From the NCBI GenBank assembly GCA_028715605.1, contig JAQURM010000011.1:2840-66839 (forward strand): 64,000 nt of DNA. Reading direction: 5' to 3'. The notes beneath the pieces were generated by a model. The model was not told the origin of the DNA. It searched no databases and saw nothing but the letters and a program-made list of their open reading frames with translations. The translations under genes were made by a program, and so were the position numbers. Origin of the DNA: Desulfovibrionales bacterium. Its GTDB lineage: Bacteria; Desulfobacterota; QYQD01. How positions within the stretch are numbered: the stretch's first letter is position 1; each line of letters begins with the position of its first letter. This document shows positions 16,379 to 25,691 of the stretch, piece by piece.

Positions 16379-17116
16379 GTGACATCCGGTTTTGAACCCC
16401 GCATACTGACTTTTACATGTACCGGCCATCCTTTGGACTTAATGAAACGCTTAAGAGGCCGGGCGCCGGTTGATATCCGCTTAGTCAAGGTGACTTGTTC
16501 ATACCGGATTGAGCCGGAGATAATGCTGGAGCCGTTCCTGGCCAATTTTGACGGCGTCCTGATATTGGAATGCCCTCCGGATTACTGCCGCAGCCGGACA
16601 GAGACTGACTCCGGCGCTGAAAGATTCCGCGAGATAACCGCCGTACTTGCTGCGGCACACATACAAACAGACAGATTATGCCTTGACAGGATCCCGGCTA
16701 TAAAAGGCAGAGGACTGCATGACATAGCCGGAAAATTTACAGAGAAGATAATATCCCTGGGTCCATTACATCTGAACAAAGTGGCCCGCGAAAAACTCAG
16801 AACGTTACAAAACAATCTTGAGACCAAAAGAATCCGGGGCCTTGTTGCCGCCGGGCTTAGTCAGGTGAACTCCAGGAAAACCGGAAAGAAAAGACTATGT
16901 CCATCCTCAGGGGCCGCCCGCCGGGACGAATACATCAAAAACTGGCTCTCCGTCCTCATCGAAGAAAACCCCGTAACCCTCACGCACATCAGTGAAGTAA
17001 TGGATATTGACGTAGAGTATATATCCAAATACTTACTGGCCATGGAAAAGGAACAGCGTATCAAGATTCCAGCCGTGCTGAAAAAAGAAATTTCAAATCT
17101 CAAATTTGAGATTTGA
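16379..17116 (+). CDS. MvhD/FlpD-like domain protein with a degenerate Cys pattern and a C-terminal winged-helix-like region
   Basis: PRILTFTCTG..VDIRLVKVTCSYRIEPEIMLEPFLANFDGVLILECPPDYCRS follows the FlpD/MvhD layout, but the CxWC and GCxxGxCH cysteines are largely replaced. The C-terminal part is NPVTLTHISEVMDIDVEYISKYLLAMEKEQRI. The start is GTG. Confidence 0.55.
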   Translation: MTSGFEPRILTFTCTGHPLDLMKRLRGRAPVDIRLVKVTCSYRIEPEIMLEPFLANFDGVLILECPPDYCRSRTETDSGAERFREITAVLAAAHIQTDRLCLDRIPAIKGRGLHDIAGKFTEKIISLGPLHLNKVAREKLRTLQNNLETKRIRGLVAAGLSQVNSRKTGKKRLCPSSGAARRDEYIKNWLSVLIEENPVTLTHISEVMDIDVEYISKYLLAMEKEQRIKIPAVLKKEISNLKFEI

Positions 17117-17123
17117 AATTTCT
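17086..17123. terminator. Perfect 38-nt palindrome overlapping the stop codon of the MvhD-like gene
   Basis: agaaatttcaaatctcaaa|tttgagatttgaaatttct (19+19, no mismatch), followed by tggttttt. Confidence 0.5.
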
Positions 17124-17251
17124 TGGTTTTTATCCGGCCTAATGCCGGGCGGAGCATTCAGCTTTCAGAAACTGGAATGGCGCTTTAAGCTGACCGCTGA
17201 TAGCTGATGGCTGATCGCTATTTCGTAGCAAATGGACTTTTTACGAAGCCG

Positions 17252-18556
17252 TCAATACATAAGATGGCAGACAGCCAGGGCAGCGCCCATACCGGCAACG
17301 TCGGCCGTGAGAGCGGCCGCCAGGGTATGGCGTATCCGGGTAACCCCTATGGCGCCGAAATAAATAGCCAGCACATAGAAGGTGGTTTCCGTAGATCCCT
17401 GCATGGTTGAAACCAGAAAAGATGTAAAACCATTCGGGTCACGGCTGACCACCTCGCTGACCAGACCAAAAGCGCCGGTCCCGGAAAGCGGCCGCATGAG
17501 GGCCACCGGCAGGGCATCGACCGGCATACCGATCAGAGCGGTAACCGGCTCCAGTATCCTGACCAATACATCAAATGCCCCGGAGGCCCGGAACATGCCG
17601 ATGGCCACCAGGATCATAACCAGAAACGGGATAATGCGAATGGCTACCTGAAATCCCTCCTTGGCCCCGTCCGTGGCCGCCTCGTAAACCCTGACCCCGC
17701 GCATATAGCCAAAGAGTAAAAGTCCGCACATGATAAGAGGCACCAGCCAATAGGTAATGACCTCTTTACCCAGGGCCAGGGCGTCGCCGTCCCTGGTAAG
17801 CCGATAGATGAAGGCGCTGACTATGGCCGCCATGATGGAGATGGCCACCACCTTGCCCAGACGGCCGGGCGGTGAGAGATCCGTTTTTTCAGGCGTTTCT
17901 CCTCCTGAAGAATCTGAGGCATCCCCGGGATGAACAACGAGATCTACCGCGTATCCCTCCGGTTCGCTACGCCGGGCCAGGACCTTGGCCATGGCAATAG
18001 CTACCGTAGTCGAGCAAATAGTGGCAATAAGCGTAGGGATAATAATGGATGCCGGATCGGCCGCCCCGGCGGCCGCCCGCACCCCGATTATTCCAAGGGG
18101 CAGGATAGTGACGCTGGAGGTATTTATGGCCAGGAAAAGGGCCATGGCGTTTGTTGCCTGCCCTTTATTCGGATTGAGCTTGTCAAGCTCCATCATGGCC
18201 TTTATGCCCATCGGCGTGGCGGCATTGCCCAAGCCGAGGACATTGGCCGAGATATTCATGATCATGGCCGACATGGCAGAGTGACCGGGCGGCACCTCCG
18301 GGAACAGCCGCACCATTACCGGCCGCACTGCCCTGGCCACCAGAGAAAGCAGTCCCCCGACCTCGGCCACCTTCATTAATCCCAGCCAGAGGGCCATAAT
18401 GCCCACCAACCCAATGGCCAATTCCACCGCGCCCTTGGCCGCCTCAAAAGAGGCATCCAGGGTCTCTTTCATCCTTCCGCTATAGGCCGCCGCCACCACG
18501 GACAGAAGGATCAGAAAAAGCCAGATGATATTGATTGCCGCTGGTTTTTTATTCAT
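17252..18556 (-). CDS. Nucleoside-recognition (Gate) domain membrane protein, fused SpmA/SpmB-like
   Basis: 434 aa, polytopic. Two Gate-like halves are separated by a charged linker (..DASDSSGGETPEKTD..). Confidence 0.7.
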   Translation of the reverse strand: MNKKPAAINIIWLFLILLSVVAAAYSGRMKETLDASFEAAKGAVELAIGLVGIMALWLGLMKVAEVGGLLSLVARAVRPVMVRLFPEVPPGHSAMSAMIMNISANVLGLGNAATPMGIKAMMELDKLNPNKGQATNAMALFLAINTSSVTILPLGIIGVRAAAGAADPASIIIPTLIATICSTTVAIAMAKVLARRSEPEGYAVDLVVHPGDASDSSGGETPEKTDLSPPGRLGKVVAISIMAAIVSAFIYRLTRDGDALALGKEVITYWLVPLIMCGLLLFGYMRGVRVYEAATDGAKEGFQVAIRIIPFLVMILVAIGMFRASGAFDVLVRILEPVTALIGMPVDALPVALMRPLSGTGAFGLVSEVVSRDPNGFTSFLVSTMQGSTETTFYVLAIYFGAIGVTRIRHTLAAALTADVAGMGAALAVCHLMY

Positions 18557-18727
18557 TGCCGGTTCTCAAGGTTCCTGACGGGAATGGATAAGGCATAACC
18601 GGGGCAAGAGTTTCATATTCCGGATGGTTTGTCAATGATAAGCGCTCGGACATCGATAGGAGATTATGCAATAAATAATTAGAGTGGGATGAATTGAAAA
18701 ATAGCCCTTGACTTGCTAATGTTATAA

Positions 18728-18739
18728 ATGCTATAGCAT
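18728..18739. promoter_or_regulatory. 12-bp perfect palindrome ATGCTATAGCAT upstream of hsdM (candidate operator)
   Basis: It lies 23 bp upstream of the hsdM ATG (18762), between a TTGACT hexamer (18708-18713) and the GGAGG SD (18751-18755). Confidence 0.3.
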
Positions 18740-18761
18740 AATCACCGTCACGGAGGTTGTT

Positions 18762-20591
18762 ATGCTCGATAGCAAGGATATAAGTAAGGTCGTCAAAGAG
18801 CTCAGAAATAGATTGAATCTTAGTCAGGAAGAATTAGCGGCAAAACTAAACGTTTCTTTTGCCACTGTGAACCGCTGGGAAAACGAGAAGATATCGCCCC
18901 GCGGAAAGGCCAGGGAAGCTATTTTAAAGTTAATAGAAGAGTCGGGCTTCGACCTGGAGAGCGCAGGGGATATTGGCATCAATCATAAGAATCGACGCCG
19001 GAAACTGTCCAAGGAGGATGTTTTGAGTACGAAGTCTATGGAACAGATGCTCTGGAGCGCCGCTTGTTCCATCCGCGGTGAAAAAGACGCGCCGAAGTTC
19101 AAAGACTACATCCTGCCCCTTGTTTTTATCAAGCGCTTGTCTGATGTCTTTGAGGATGAAGTTGAACGGCTTGCCGAAACTTACGGAGACGAGGAAACAG
19201 CGCTGACAATCATCGAAGCCGATCATCAACTGGTCCGGTTTTATATTCCCGCCGAGGCGCGCTGGCCGGTGGTCAGCGGTCGGGAAAAGTTTGACTGGCC
19301 TGAAGACCGCAAACCAAAAACACTGGGTGAACAGCTCACGATGGCCGTCCGTGCGATCGCGAAGACCAATCCATCCCTGACGGGCGTCATCGACATCGTG
19401 GATTACAATGAGACCCGCAGCGGGGAGCGGGAAATCAGCGACGCGGCGTTGTCCGGCGTGATCGAGGCCCTTTCCGATCCCCGCTACCGCTTGGGACTGT
19501 ACGATGTGGAGCCGGATTTCCTAGGCCGCGCCTATGAATATCTTTTGCGCAAATTTGCCGAAGGCCAGGGACAGAGCGCCGGTGAATTCTTCACGCCTAC
19601 GGAGGTGGGATGGCTGATGGCCTATATAATGCGCCCCCGCCAGGGAGAAGAGGTTTACGATTTTGCCTGCGGCTCCGCGGGCCTCTTAATCAAATGCGAA
19701 CTCGCTTTACAGGAACGTGAGATCAAGGTGCAGAGGCCGCTGAAACTCTATGGGCAGGAGCTGACCGGCTCCAGCTATGCCATTGCCCGGATGAACATGG
19801 TCGTTCATGACATGGAAGGCGAGATCGTCCGCGGCAACTCCATGACCAATCCGAAATTCAAGGATTCCGATTCCAGTCTGAAGAAATTCGACATCGTCGT
19901 TTCCAATCCCATGTGGAACCAGCCTTTTGATCCGGCCATTTATGAAAATAATCCCTTCGAACGCTTTGAAGCCCAGGGCGGTGTTACCACCGGCAAGGCC
20001 GACTGGGCCTGGTTACAGCATACGGTCGCATCGCTGAATACCCATGGCCGCGCCGCCATTGTCCTTGACACGGGCGCCGTCACGCGCGGCAGCGGCAGTA
20101 AAAGCGAGGACCGGGAGAAAAAAATCCGCCAGAGGTTTGTCGAGCGCGATTGGATTGAAGGCGTAATCCTCCTGCCCGATAACCTTTTCTATAACACCAC
20201 CGCCGCCGGAATCATCATCATTTTCAACAAGGCGAAACCGAAGGCGCGGCAGGGGAAGATCATCCTGGTAAACGCCGGACGGGAATTCAAGAAAGGCAGG
20301 CCGAAAAATTATATTCCCGATGAGAATGTCCGCAAGATCGCCGATGCCTTCATCAAAGGGGAAGATGTCGAAAAGTTCGTCAAAGTCATCACGACAGCGC
20401 AGGCGGCAGAAAACGATTTTAACCTGTCGCCGTCAAGGTATGTGGATGTGAATGAAGGAAAAACCTACCGGCCGATTCCGGAAATTCTGGAAGAATTGGA
20501 TGCTTTGGAAAAGAAGACTGAGGTGGTGAATGCCGATTTGCAAACGATCTTTAAAAAGGTGCAATTCAGTTACGAAAAGGAGACAGGGTAA
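18762..20591 (+). CDS. hsdM: Type I restriction-modification methyltransferase subunit HsdM with an N-terminal XRE-family HTH domain
   Basis: The N-terminal part LRNRLNLSQEELAAKLNVSFATVNRWENEKISP is an XRE HTH. The HsdM_N-like part is LWSAACSIRGEKDAPKFKDYILPLVFIKRLSD. The SAM motif is DFACGSAGLL and the catalytic motif IV variant is SNPMWN. Confidence 0.92.
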   Translation: MLDSKDISKVVKELRNRLNLSQEELAAKLNVSFATVNRWENEKISPRGKAREAILKLIEESGFDLESAGDIGINHKNRRRKLSKEDVLSTKSMEQMLWSAACSIRGEKDAPKFKDYILPLVFIKRLSDVFEDEVERLAETYGDEETALTIIEADHQLVRFYIPAEARWPVVSGREKFDWPEDRKPKTLGEQLTMAVRAIAKTNPSLTGVIDIVDYNETRSGEREISDAALSGVIEALSDPRYRLGLYDVEPDFLGRAYEYLLRKFAEGQGQSAGEFFTPTEVGWLMAYIMRPRQGEEVYDFACGSAGLLIKCELALQEREIKVQRPLKLYGQELTGSSYAIARMNMVVHDMEGEIVRGNSMTNPKFKDSDSSLKKFDIVVSNPMWNQPFDPAIYENNPFERFEAQGGVTTGKADWAWLQHTVASLNTHGRAAIVLDTGAVTRGSGSKSEDREKKIRQRFVERDWIEGVILLPDNLFYNTTAAGIIIIFNKAKPKARQGKIILVNAGREFKKGRPKNYIPDENVRKIADAFIKGEDVEKFVKVITTAQAAENDFNLSPSRYVDVNEGKTYRPIPEILEELDALEKKTEVVNADLQTIFKKVQFSYEKETG

Positions 20592-21767
20592 ATGCCTGAG
20601 AGTTGGCCTGTAAAGAGTTTTGCAGAATTTGCGACATTACACAGAGGTTATGATTTACCTATTCAAGATCGCAAGAAGGGTTCTATACCAATTGTTGGGT
20701 CAAATGGCATTGTTGGTTATCACAATGAAGCTAAAGTTAAAGGTCCGGGTGTAGTGACTGGCCGAAGTGGTTCAATTGGCATTTCATATTATGTCGGGGA
20801 TGATTATTGGCCATTGAACACAGGGTTATATGTCGAAGATTTTCATGGAAATAATCTATTTTACGTTCATTATTTTTTCCAATCATTCAATTTTGGTAAA
20901 TACGCAGCAGGAGTAAGCGTTCCCACTTTAAATAGAAACCTTGTTCATGAAGCCTCGGTATCTGTTCCCCAAATTCTTGAGCAGCAAAAAATCGCCGCTG
21001 TTCTCTTCAAGATTCAAAAAGCGATTGAGGTTCAGGAATCCATTGTCGAGAAGACGCGGGAGCTGAAAAAATCCACCCTGCATCATGTCTTTACTCACGG
21101 TCTGCGCGGAGAAAAGCTGAAAGAAACAGAGATCGGGCCAATGCCGGAGAGTTGGCTTATTGGAAAAATAGGTGACATCGGTAAGATTGTAACCGGAACA
21201 ACGCCGCCAACAAAACATAAAGAATATTATCAAGGTGGTCATTATCAGTTCATTGCGCCTAATGATATTGGAAAGACGACGAGAATTTACGAAACTGAGA
21301 AAAAAATAACGGATAAAGGATTGGAAGTATCGCGATTACTACCAAAAGAATCTGTCTGTTTCGTCTGCATAGGATCAACCATTGGCAAGGTAGGTATTAC
21401 TGTCGAGGAAAAGACGACAACAAATCAACAAATCAACTCTGTTATCGTGAATAATGATTACGATCCCTACTTTGTGACGTATCTTATGGATTACAAATCT
21501 GAATATATTGCCTCCTTTGCATCCCCAAGTCCTGTGCCAATTTTGAGCAAGGGCAAATTTGAAGAAATCAACATTATGTTGAGTTCCGATATAGAAGAAC
21601 AAAAAGAAATTGCTCGTGTTCTGATGATCATCGACGAAACAATAGAGATCCACACCGCAAAGAAATCCGCTCTGCAAGACCTCTTCAAAACCATGCTGAA
21701 TAAGCTGATGACCGGCGAGATTCGGGTGAAGGATCTGGACATTGATGTGTCCGAGGTAAGCGCATGA
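20592..21767 (+). CDS. hsdS: Type I R-M specificity subunit HsdS (two TRDs)
   Basis: 391 aa. Two target-recognition halves are separated by conserved helices (EQQKIAAVLFKIQKAIEVQESI.. and EQKEIARVLMIIDETIEIHTAKKSALQDLFKTMLNKLMTGEIRV). The start abuts the hsdM stop. Confidence 0.9.
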   Translation: MPESWPVKSFAEFATLHRGYDLPIQDRKKGSIPIVGSNGIVGYHNEAKVKGPGVVTGRSGSIGISYYVGDDYWPLNTGLYVEDFHGNNLFYVHYFFQSFNFGKYAAGVSVPTLNRNLVHEASVSVPQILEQQKIAAVLFKIQKAIEVQESIVEKTRELKKSTLHHVFTHGLRGEKLKETEIGPMPESWLIGKIGDIGKIVTGTTPPTKHKEYYQGGHYQFIAPNDIGKTTRIYETEKKITDKGLEVSRLLPKESVCFVCIGSTIGKVGITVEEKTTTNQQINSVIVNNDYDPYFVTYLMDYKSEYIASFASPSPVPILSKGKFEEINIMLSSDIEEQKEIARVLMIIDETIEIHTAKKSALQDLFKTMLNKLMTGEIRVKDLDIDVSEVSA

Positions 21768-22762
21768 AGGAAGAATCCAAAGGCGAAATAGTCATCTATC
21801 GTACCAAGGACGGCAAGACTGCCCTTGACGTCAACCTGAGCGGAGAGACCCTTTGGTTGAATCAAGGTCAGATGTCCATCCTTTTTGACAGGGACCGGTC
21901 CGTCATCACAAAGCACTTGAGCAATATATTCAAGAGCGGGGAATTGGATAAAAAAAGCAATGTGCAAAAAATGCACATTGCTGATTCCGATAAACCGGTA
22001 GTTTACTATAATCTGGATGTCATTATTTCACTTGGTTACCGCGTGAACTCAAAACGCGGCACCCAGTTCCGCATCTGGGCCACGCAGGTCCTCAAAGATC
22101 ATATCCTGAAAGGCTATTCGCTCAATGAGAAGCGGCTAAAGGAACAGAATGTCCGCCTGCTGGAATTGCAGAAGACAGTCAGCCTGATGCAGCGGGTCAT
22201 GGAAAGCCGGGAACTGGCCCGCGATGAAGCCACTGGACTTCTCCAGGTGATCACGGATTACTCGTATGCCTTATCGCTCCTGGATCAGTACGATCACCGG
22301 CAGTTGAAAATCCGGCATACCACCGAAAAGACCCCTTTTGCCCTGACCTACGAAGCAGCGAGGAGAGCTATTGACAAGCTCGGAGAACAATCGATGAAAA
22401 AGGGGCGGCCCGTTGCATTATTCGGACGGGAAAAAGATCAATCGTTCAAAGGCTCCCTGGGCGCGATCTACCAGACGCTCGACGGGAAAGAGGCCTATCC
22501 CAGCATCGAAGAAAAGGCCGCTCACCTTCTCTATTTCGTGGTCAAGAATCACTCTTTTATTGACGGAAACAAGCGCATCGGGGCATTCCTGTTCATCTGG
22601 TTTCTGGATGCCAGCGGAATTCTTTACGCTGGTGACGGCCGCAAGCGGATAGGCGACAATACCCTCGTCGCTCTGACCCTTATGATTGCGGAGAGCCGGC
22701 CCGAAGACAAGGACATCATCGTCAAGGTCATAGTGAACCTGATCAACAGGGACAATATATGA
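21764..22762 (+). CDS. RhuM-family protein with a C-terminal Fic/DOC domain
   Basis: The RhuM-type N-terminus is IVIYRTKDGKTALDVNLSGETLWLNQGQMSILFDRDRSVITKHLSNIFKSGEL..YNLDVIISLGYRVNSKRGTQFRIWATQVLKDH. The Fic motif is HSFIDGNKRIGAF. The start overlaps the hsdS stop by 4 nt. Confidence 0.88.
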   Translation: MKEESKGEIVIYRTKDGKTALDVNLSGETLWLNQGQMSILFDRDRSVITKHLSNIFKSGELDKKSNVQKMHIADSDKPVVYYNLDVIISLGYRVNSKRGTQFRIWATQVLKDHILKGYSLNEKRLKEQNVRLLELQKTVSLMQRVMESRELARDEATGLLQVITDYSYALSLLDQYDHRQLKIRHTTEKTPFALTYEAARRAIDKLGEQSMKKGRPVALFGREKDQSFKGSLGAIYQTLDGKEAYPSIEEKAAHLLYFVVKNHSFIDGNKRIGAFLFIWFLDASGILYAGDGRKRIGDNTLVALTLMIAESRPEDKDIIVKVIVNLINRDNI

Positions 22763-22775
22763 GAAGGGCGAAATC

Positions 22776-25691
22776 ATGACGCCGACTTTAGGCACAGAAA
22801 AACCAACCGTGCAGGACCCGATTGTTAAGTATGCAGACGAAATCGACTGGAGAGTCGTCCCCCAGGAGGAGGCCCTTTCCCTGAGAAAGGGGGAAAGCGG
22901 GCCTCTGTTCTACCGGGTCCTCGAAGAAAAGCTGATTGAACTGAATCCGGGATTGGTGTGCCGTGAAAATGTGGATGACATTATTCACCGCATGGAAGCC
23001 GTCCGGAATAATATCGAGGGGAATGCGGAAATCCTGTCCTGGCTCCGGGGGGAGCAGGCGATTTACGATGAAAACGAAAAGCGGCGCCGCAACGTGACGG
23101 TTGTTGATTTTGCCCGCGCCGGGCGTAACCTGTTTCAGGTGACCTCCGAGTGGCAGTACACGAACGGCCGTGAGACAAACCGCGCGGACATCATGTTTCT
23201 CATCAACGGGATTCCCGTTGCCATTGTGGAGACCAAAAGCGCGAAAAAAGCCAATGGGATGGAAGAGGCGCTCATTCAAATCCGGCGGTATCACCGGGAG
23301 ACCCCGGAAATGCTGACGGCGCCGCAGGTCTTCGATATGACCTATCTGGTTGATTTTTTCTACGGCCCCACCTGGAATCTGAACCGGAAAAATATCTTCA
23401 ACTGGAAGGATGAGGAAAAGGGAAACTTCGAAAAGAAGGTAAAGCGATTTTTTGACCGGGGGCATTTCCTCAAGATGCTGGGGGAATGGATCCTGTTCTA
23501 TGTCAAGGATGACGAACTCCAGAAAACGATCCTGCGCCAGCATCAGACCAGGGCTATCGAGAAAATCGTTCAGCGGTGCAGCGATGAAAAGAAAAAAACC
23601 GGCCTGATATGGCATACCCAGGGATCGGGAAAAACCTTCACGATGATCACGGCGGCACAGCAGATTCTTGAGAAAAAGGATGTCTTCGGGAAGGCGACGG
23701 TTATCCTGATGATCGACCGCAATGAGCTGGAGGGCCAACTTTCCGGCTGGGTGGAGCGGATTCTCGGCGAGATGCAATCCCATGATATCAGCATTGAACA
23801 GGCTTACAGCAAGATTCGCCTGAGGCAACTCCTCAAGGCGGACTTCAGAGGGCTGATTATTTCGATGATCCATAAGTTTGAAGGGATTCCCAAGAACATC
23901 TGCACCCGCCCCAACGTCATCGTTATGCTGGATGAGGCCCACCGGTCTGTCGGGGGAGACCTGGGCAACTACCTGGTCGCCGCCCTCCCGCAGGCAACTC
24001 TTATCGGGTTTACGGGCACGCCCATCGACAAAACGGCCTATGGCAAGGGAACCTTCAAAATCTTCGGAAAAGAGGATGATAAAGGTTACCTGGACAAATA
24101 TTCCGTTGCGGAATCAATCGAAGACGGCACGACGCTCCCCCTCAATTATATGTTGACCCCCAATGAAATTCGTGTACCCAGAGAAGAACTGGAAAGGGAA
24201 TTTCTCGACCTTGTTGAGGCGGAAGGGGTCAGCGATGTCGATGAATTGAATAATATCCTAGACCGGGCGGTAAAGCTCAAGACCTTTCTCAAGTCGCCGG
24301 ACCGTGTGGAGAAGGTCGCGGCCTTCATTGCCGGGCACTTTCGTGAGAATGTCGAGCCCCTTGGTTATAAGGCCTTTGTGGTTGGTGTGGATCGGGAGGC
24401 TTGCGCCCTTTACAAAGAGGCCCTCGACAAGCTCCTGCCGCCGGAATATTCAACGGCCATTTATACGGCCGCCCACAATGATAGTGAAAAATATCCCCTC
24501 GTTTACAAACACCAGCAGACAGCGGAAGAGGAGAAGAAAGCCAGAAAGGTTTTCCCCAAGCCGGACGCCCTGCCGAAGATCTTCATTGTAACGGATAAGC
24601 TGCTCACCGGTTTTGACGCCCCCATTCTGTATTGCATGTACCTGGATAAACCGATGCGCGACCATGTCCTTCTTCAGGCCATCGCGCGGGTCAACCGGCC
24701 CTACGAGGAAGAAGGGGACATCAAGAAACCCTGCGGTCTGGTGGTTGATTTTGTAGGAATCTTTGAGAAACTGGAAAAGGCCTTGGCCTTTGATTCCGAT
24801 GTCGTCAGCGGGGTGATCAACAACCTTGATGTCCTGCTCGCTCGCTTTATCGAATTGATGAAGGGACAAGCCCGACCGTACCTCGATCTGACCCGCGGCA
24901 AGGTCGATGATAAGATGGTCGAAAGGGCAATAGATGCCTTTGTAGATCAGAGCAAGAGAGAGGAATTTTATAAATTTTTCAAAGAGCTGGAAACGCTTTA
25001 CGAGATATTATCTCCTTCCCCCGCCCTTCGGGACCATATGGAAGACTTCGGCCTGCTTTCAATACTCTACCAGGTTGTCCGCAATGCCTTCAGGAAAAAA
25101 ACGGGGTTCTACGGCGACATCGCAAAAAAAACAGAACAACTGGTCAGGGAAAAGGCCGAAACCTTTGGTCTGGAGACCACGACGCCGGCAGTCAAGATCG
25201 ATGAGACGACCCTGAAGGCGCTGAAAGACAGCAAAGCATCGACCAATATAAAAGTCATCAATCTCATCAACAGTATCATCAAAACGGCAACGGATGAAGG
25301 CGACGGCAGTCCCTATCTGAAACCCATCGGGGAACGAGCAGAAGCCATTCAGGAGGCTTTCGACGACCGGCAAATAACGGCGCTCGATGCGCTCAGAAAA
25401 GTAGAGGCGCTGATCAATGAGGTTCTCGAAGCCCGGAGACAGCAGGAAGAGACAGGTTTTGACATAAACACCTTCACGATTTACTGGCTGCTCAAACAGG
25501 AAAACGTGAAGTGGTTTGAAAATCTTGCACCGATTGTCAATAACGCATTTCTCCGCTTCCCGAATTTCAAGGACAACATTGCGGAACTGAGACAGCTCAA
25601 GGCGGAACTATACAAGCTGATGCTCCCTGTCGTCGGCAAGGATTTGATGCTGGGCATAGTTGAGAAGCTCTTGAGGCTGGAACGCAAATGA
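22776..25691 (+). CDS. hsdR: Type I R-M restriction subunit HsdR (SF2 helicase/nuclease)
   Basis: 971 aa. Walker A is HTQGSGKTFTM and the DEAH box is MLDEAHRS. The N-terminal PD-(D/E)xK-like region is DIMFLINGIPVAIVETKS. Confidence 0.93.
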   Translation: MTPTLGTEKPTVQDPIVKYADEIDWRVVPQEEALSLRKGESGPLFYRVLEEKLIELNPGLVCRENVDDIIHRMEAVRNNIEGNAEILSWLRGEQAIYDENEKRRRNVTVVDFARAGRNLFQVTSEWQYTNGRETNRADIMFLINGIPVAIVETKSAKKANGMEEALIQIRRYHRETPEMLTAPQVFDMTYLVDFFYGPTWNLNRKNIFNWKDEEKGNFEKKVKRFFDRGHFLKMLGEWILFYVKDDELQKTILRQHQTRAIEKIVQRCSDEKKKTGLIWHTQGSGKTFTMITAAQQILEKKDVFGKATVILMIDRNELEGQLSGWVERILGEMQSHDISIEQAYSKIRLRQLLKADFRGLIISMIHKFEGIPKNICTRPNVIVMLDEAHRSVGGDLGNYLVAALPQATLIGFTGTPIDKTAYGKGTFKIFGKEDDKGYLDKYSVAESIEDGTTLPLNYMLTPNEIRVPREELEREFLDLVEAEGVSDVDELNNILDRAVKLKTFLKSPDRVEKVAAFIAGHFRENVEPLGYKAFVVGVDREACALYKEALDKLLPPEYSTAIYTAAHNDSEKYPLVYKHQQTAEEEKKARKVFPKPDALPKIFIVTDKLLTGFDAPILYCMYLDKPMRDHVLLQAIARVNRPYEEEGDIKKPCGLVVDFVGIFEKLEKALAFDSDVVSGVINNLDVLLARFIELMKGQARPYLDLTRGKVDDKMVERAIDAFVDQSKREEFYKFFKELETLYEILSPSPALRDHMEDFGLLSILYQVVRNAFRKKTGFYGDIAKKTEQLVREKAETFGLETTTPAVKIDETTLKALKDSKASTNIKVINLINSIIKTATDEGDGSPYLKPIGERAEAIQEAFDDRQITALDALRKVEALINEVLEARRQQEETGFDINTFTIYWLLKQENVKWFENLAPIVNNAFLRFPNFKDNIAELRQLKAELYKLMLPVVGKDLMLGIVEKLLRLERK

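Noticed and set aside
18708-18742. A sigma70-type promoter for hsdM (TTGACT at 18708-18713)
   Set aside because: No good -10 hexamer lies at 16-18 bp spacing (ctatag/tatagc only), and cataat is 23 bp away. I therefore did not call it as a feature.
22788-23942. Long antisense or alternative-frame ORFs in the track. Examples are 22788..23942 (384 aa, inside hsdR), 13209..14153 (314 aa, inside UPF0182), 37418..38218, 50614..51375, 40927..41595, 33881..34498, 43654..44289, 4520..5128 and 5677..6099.
   Set aside because: Each lies wholly inside, and opposite to or out of frame with, a gene carrying clear family motifs. Their products are low-complexity (Arg/Pro/Gly- or Ser-rich) with no motifs or SDs. 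This is typical of shadow ORFs in moderately GC-rich DNA.
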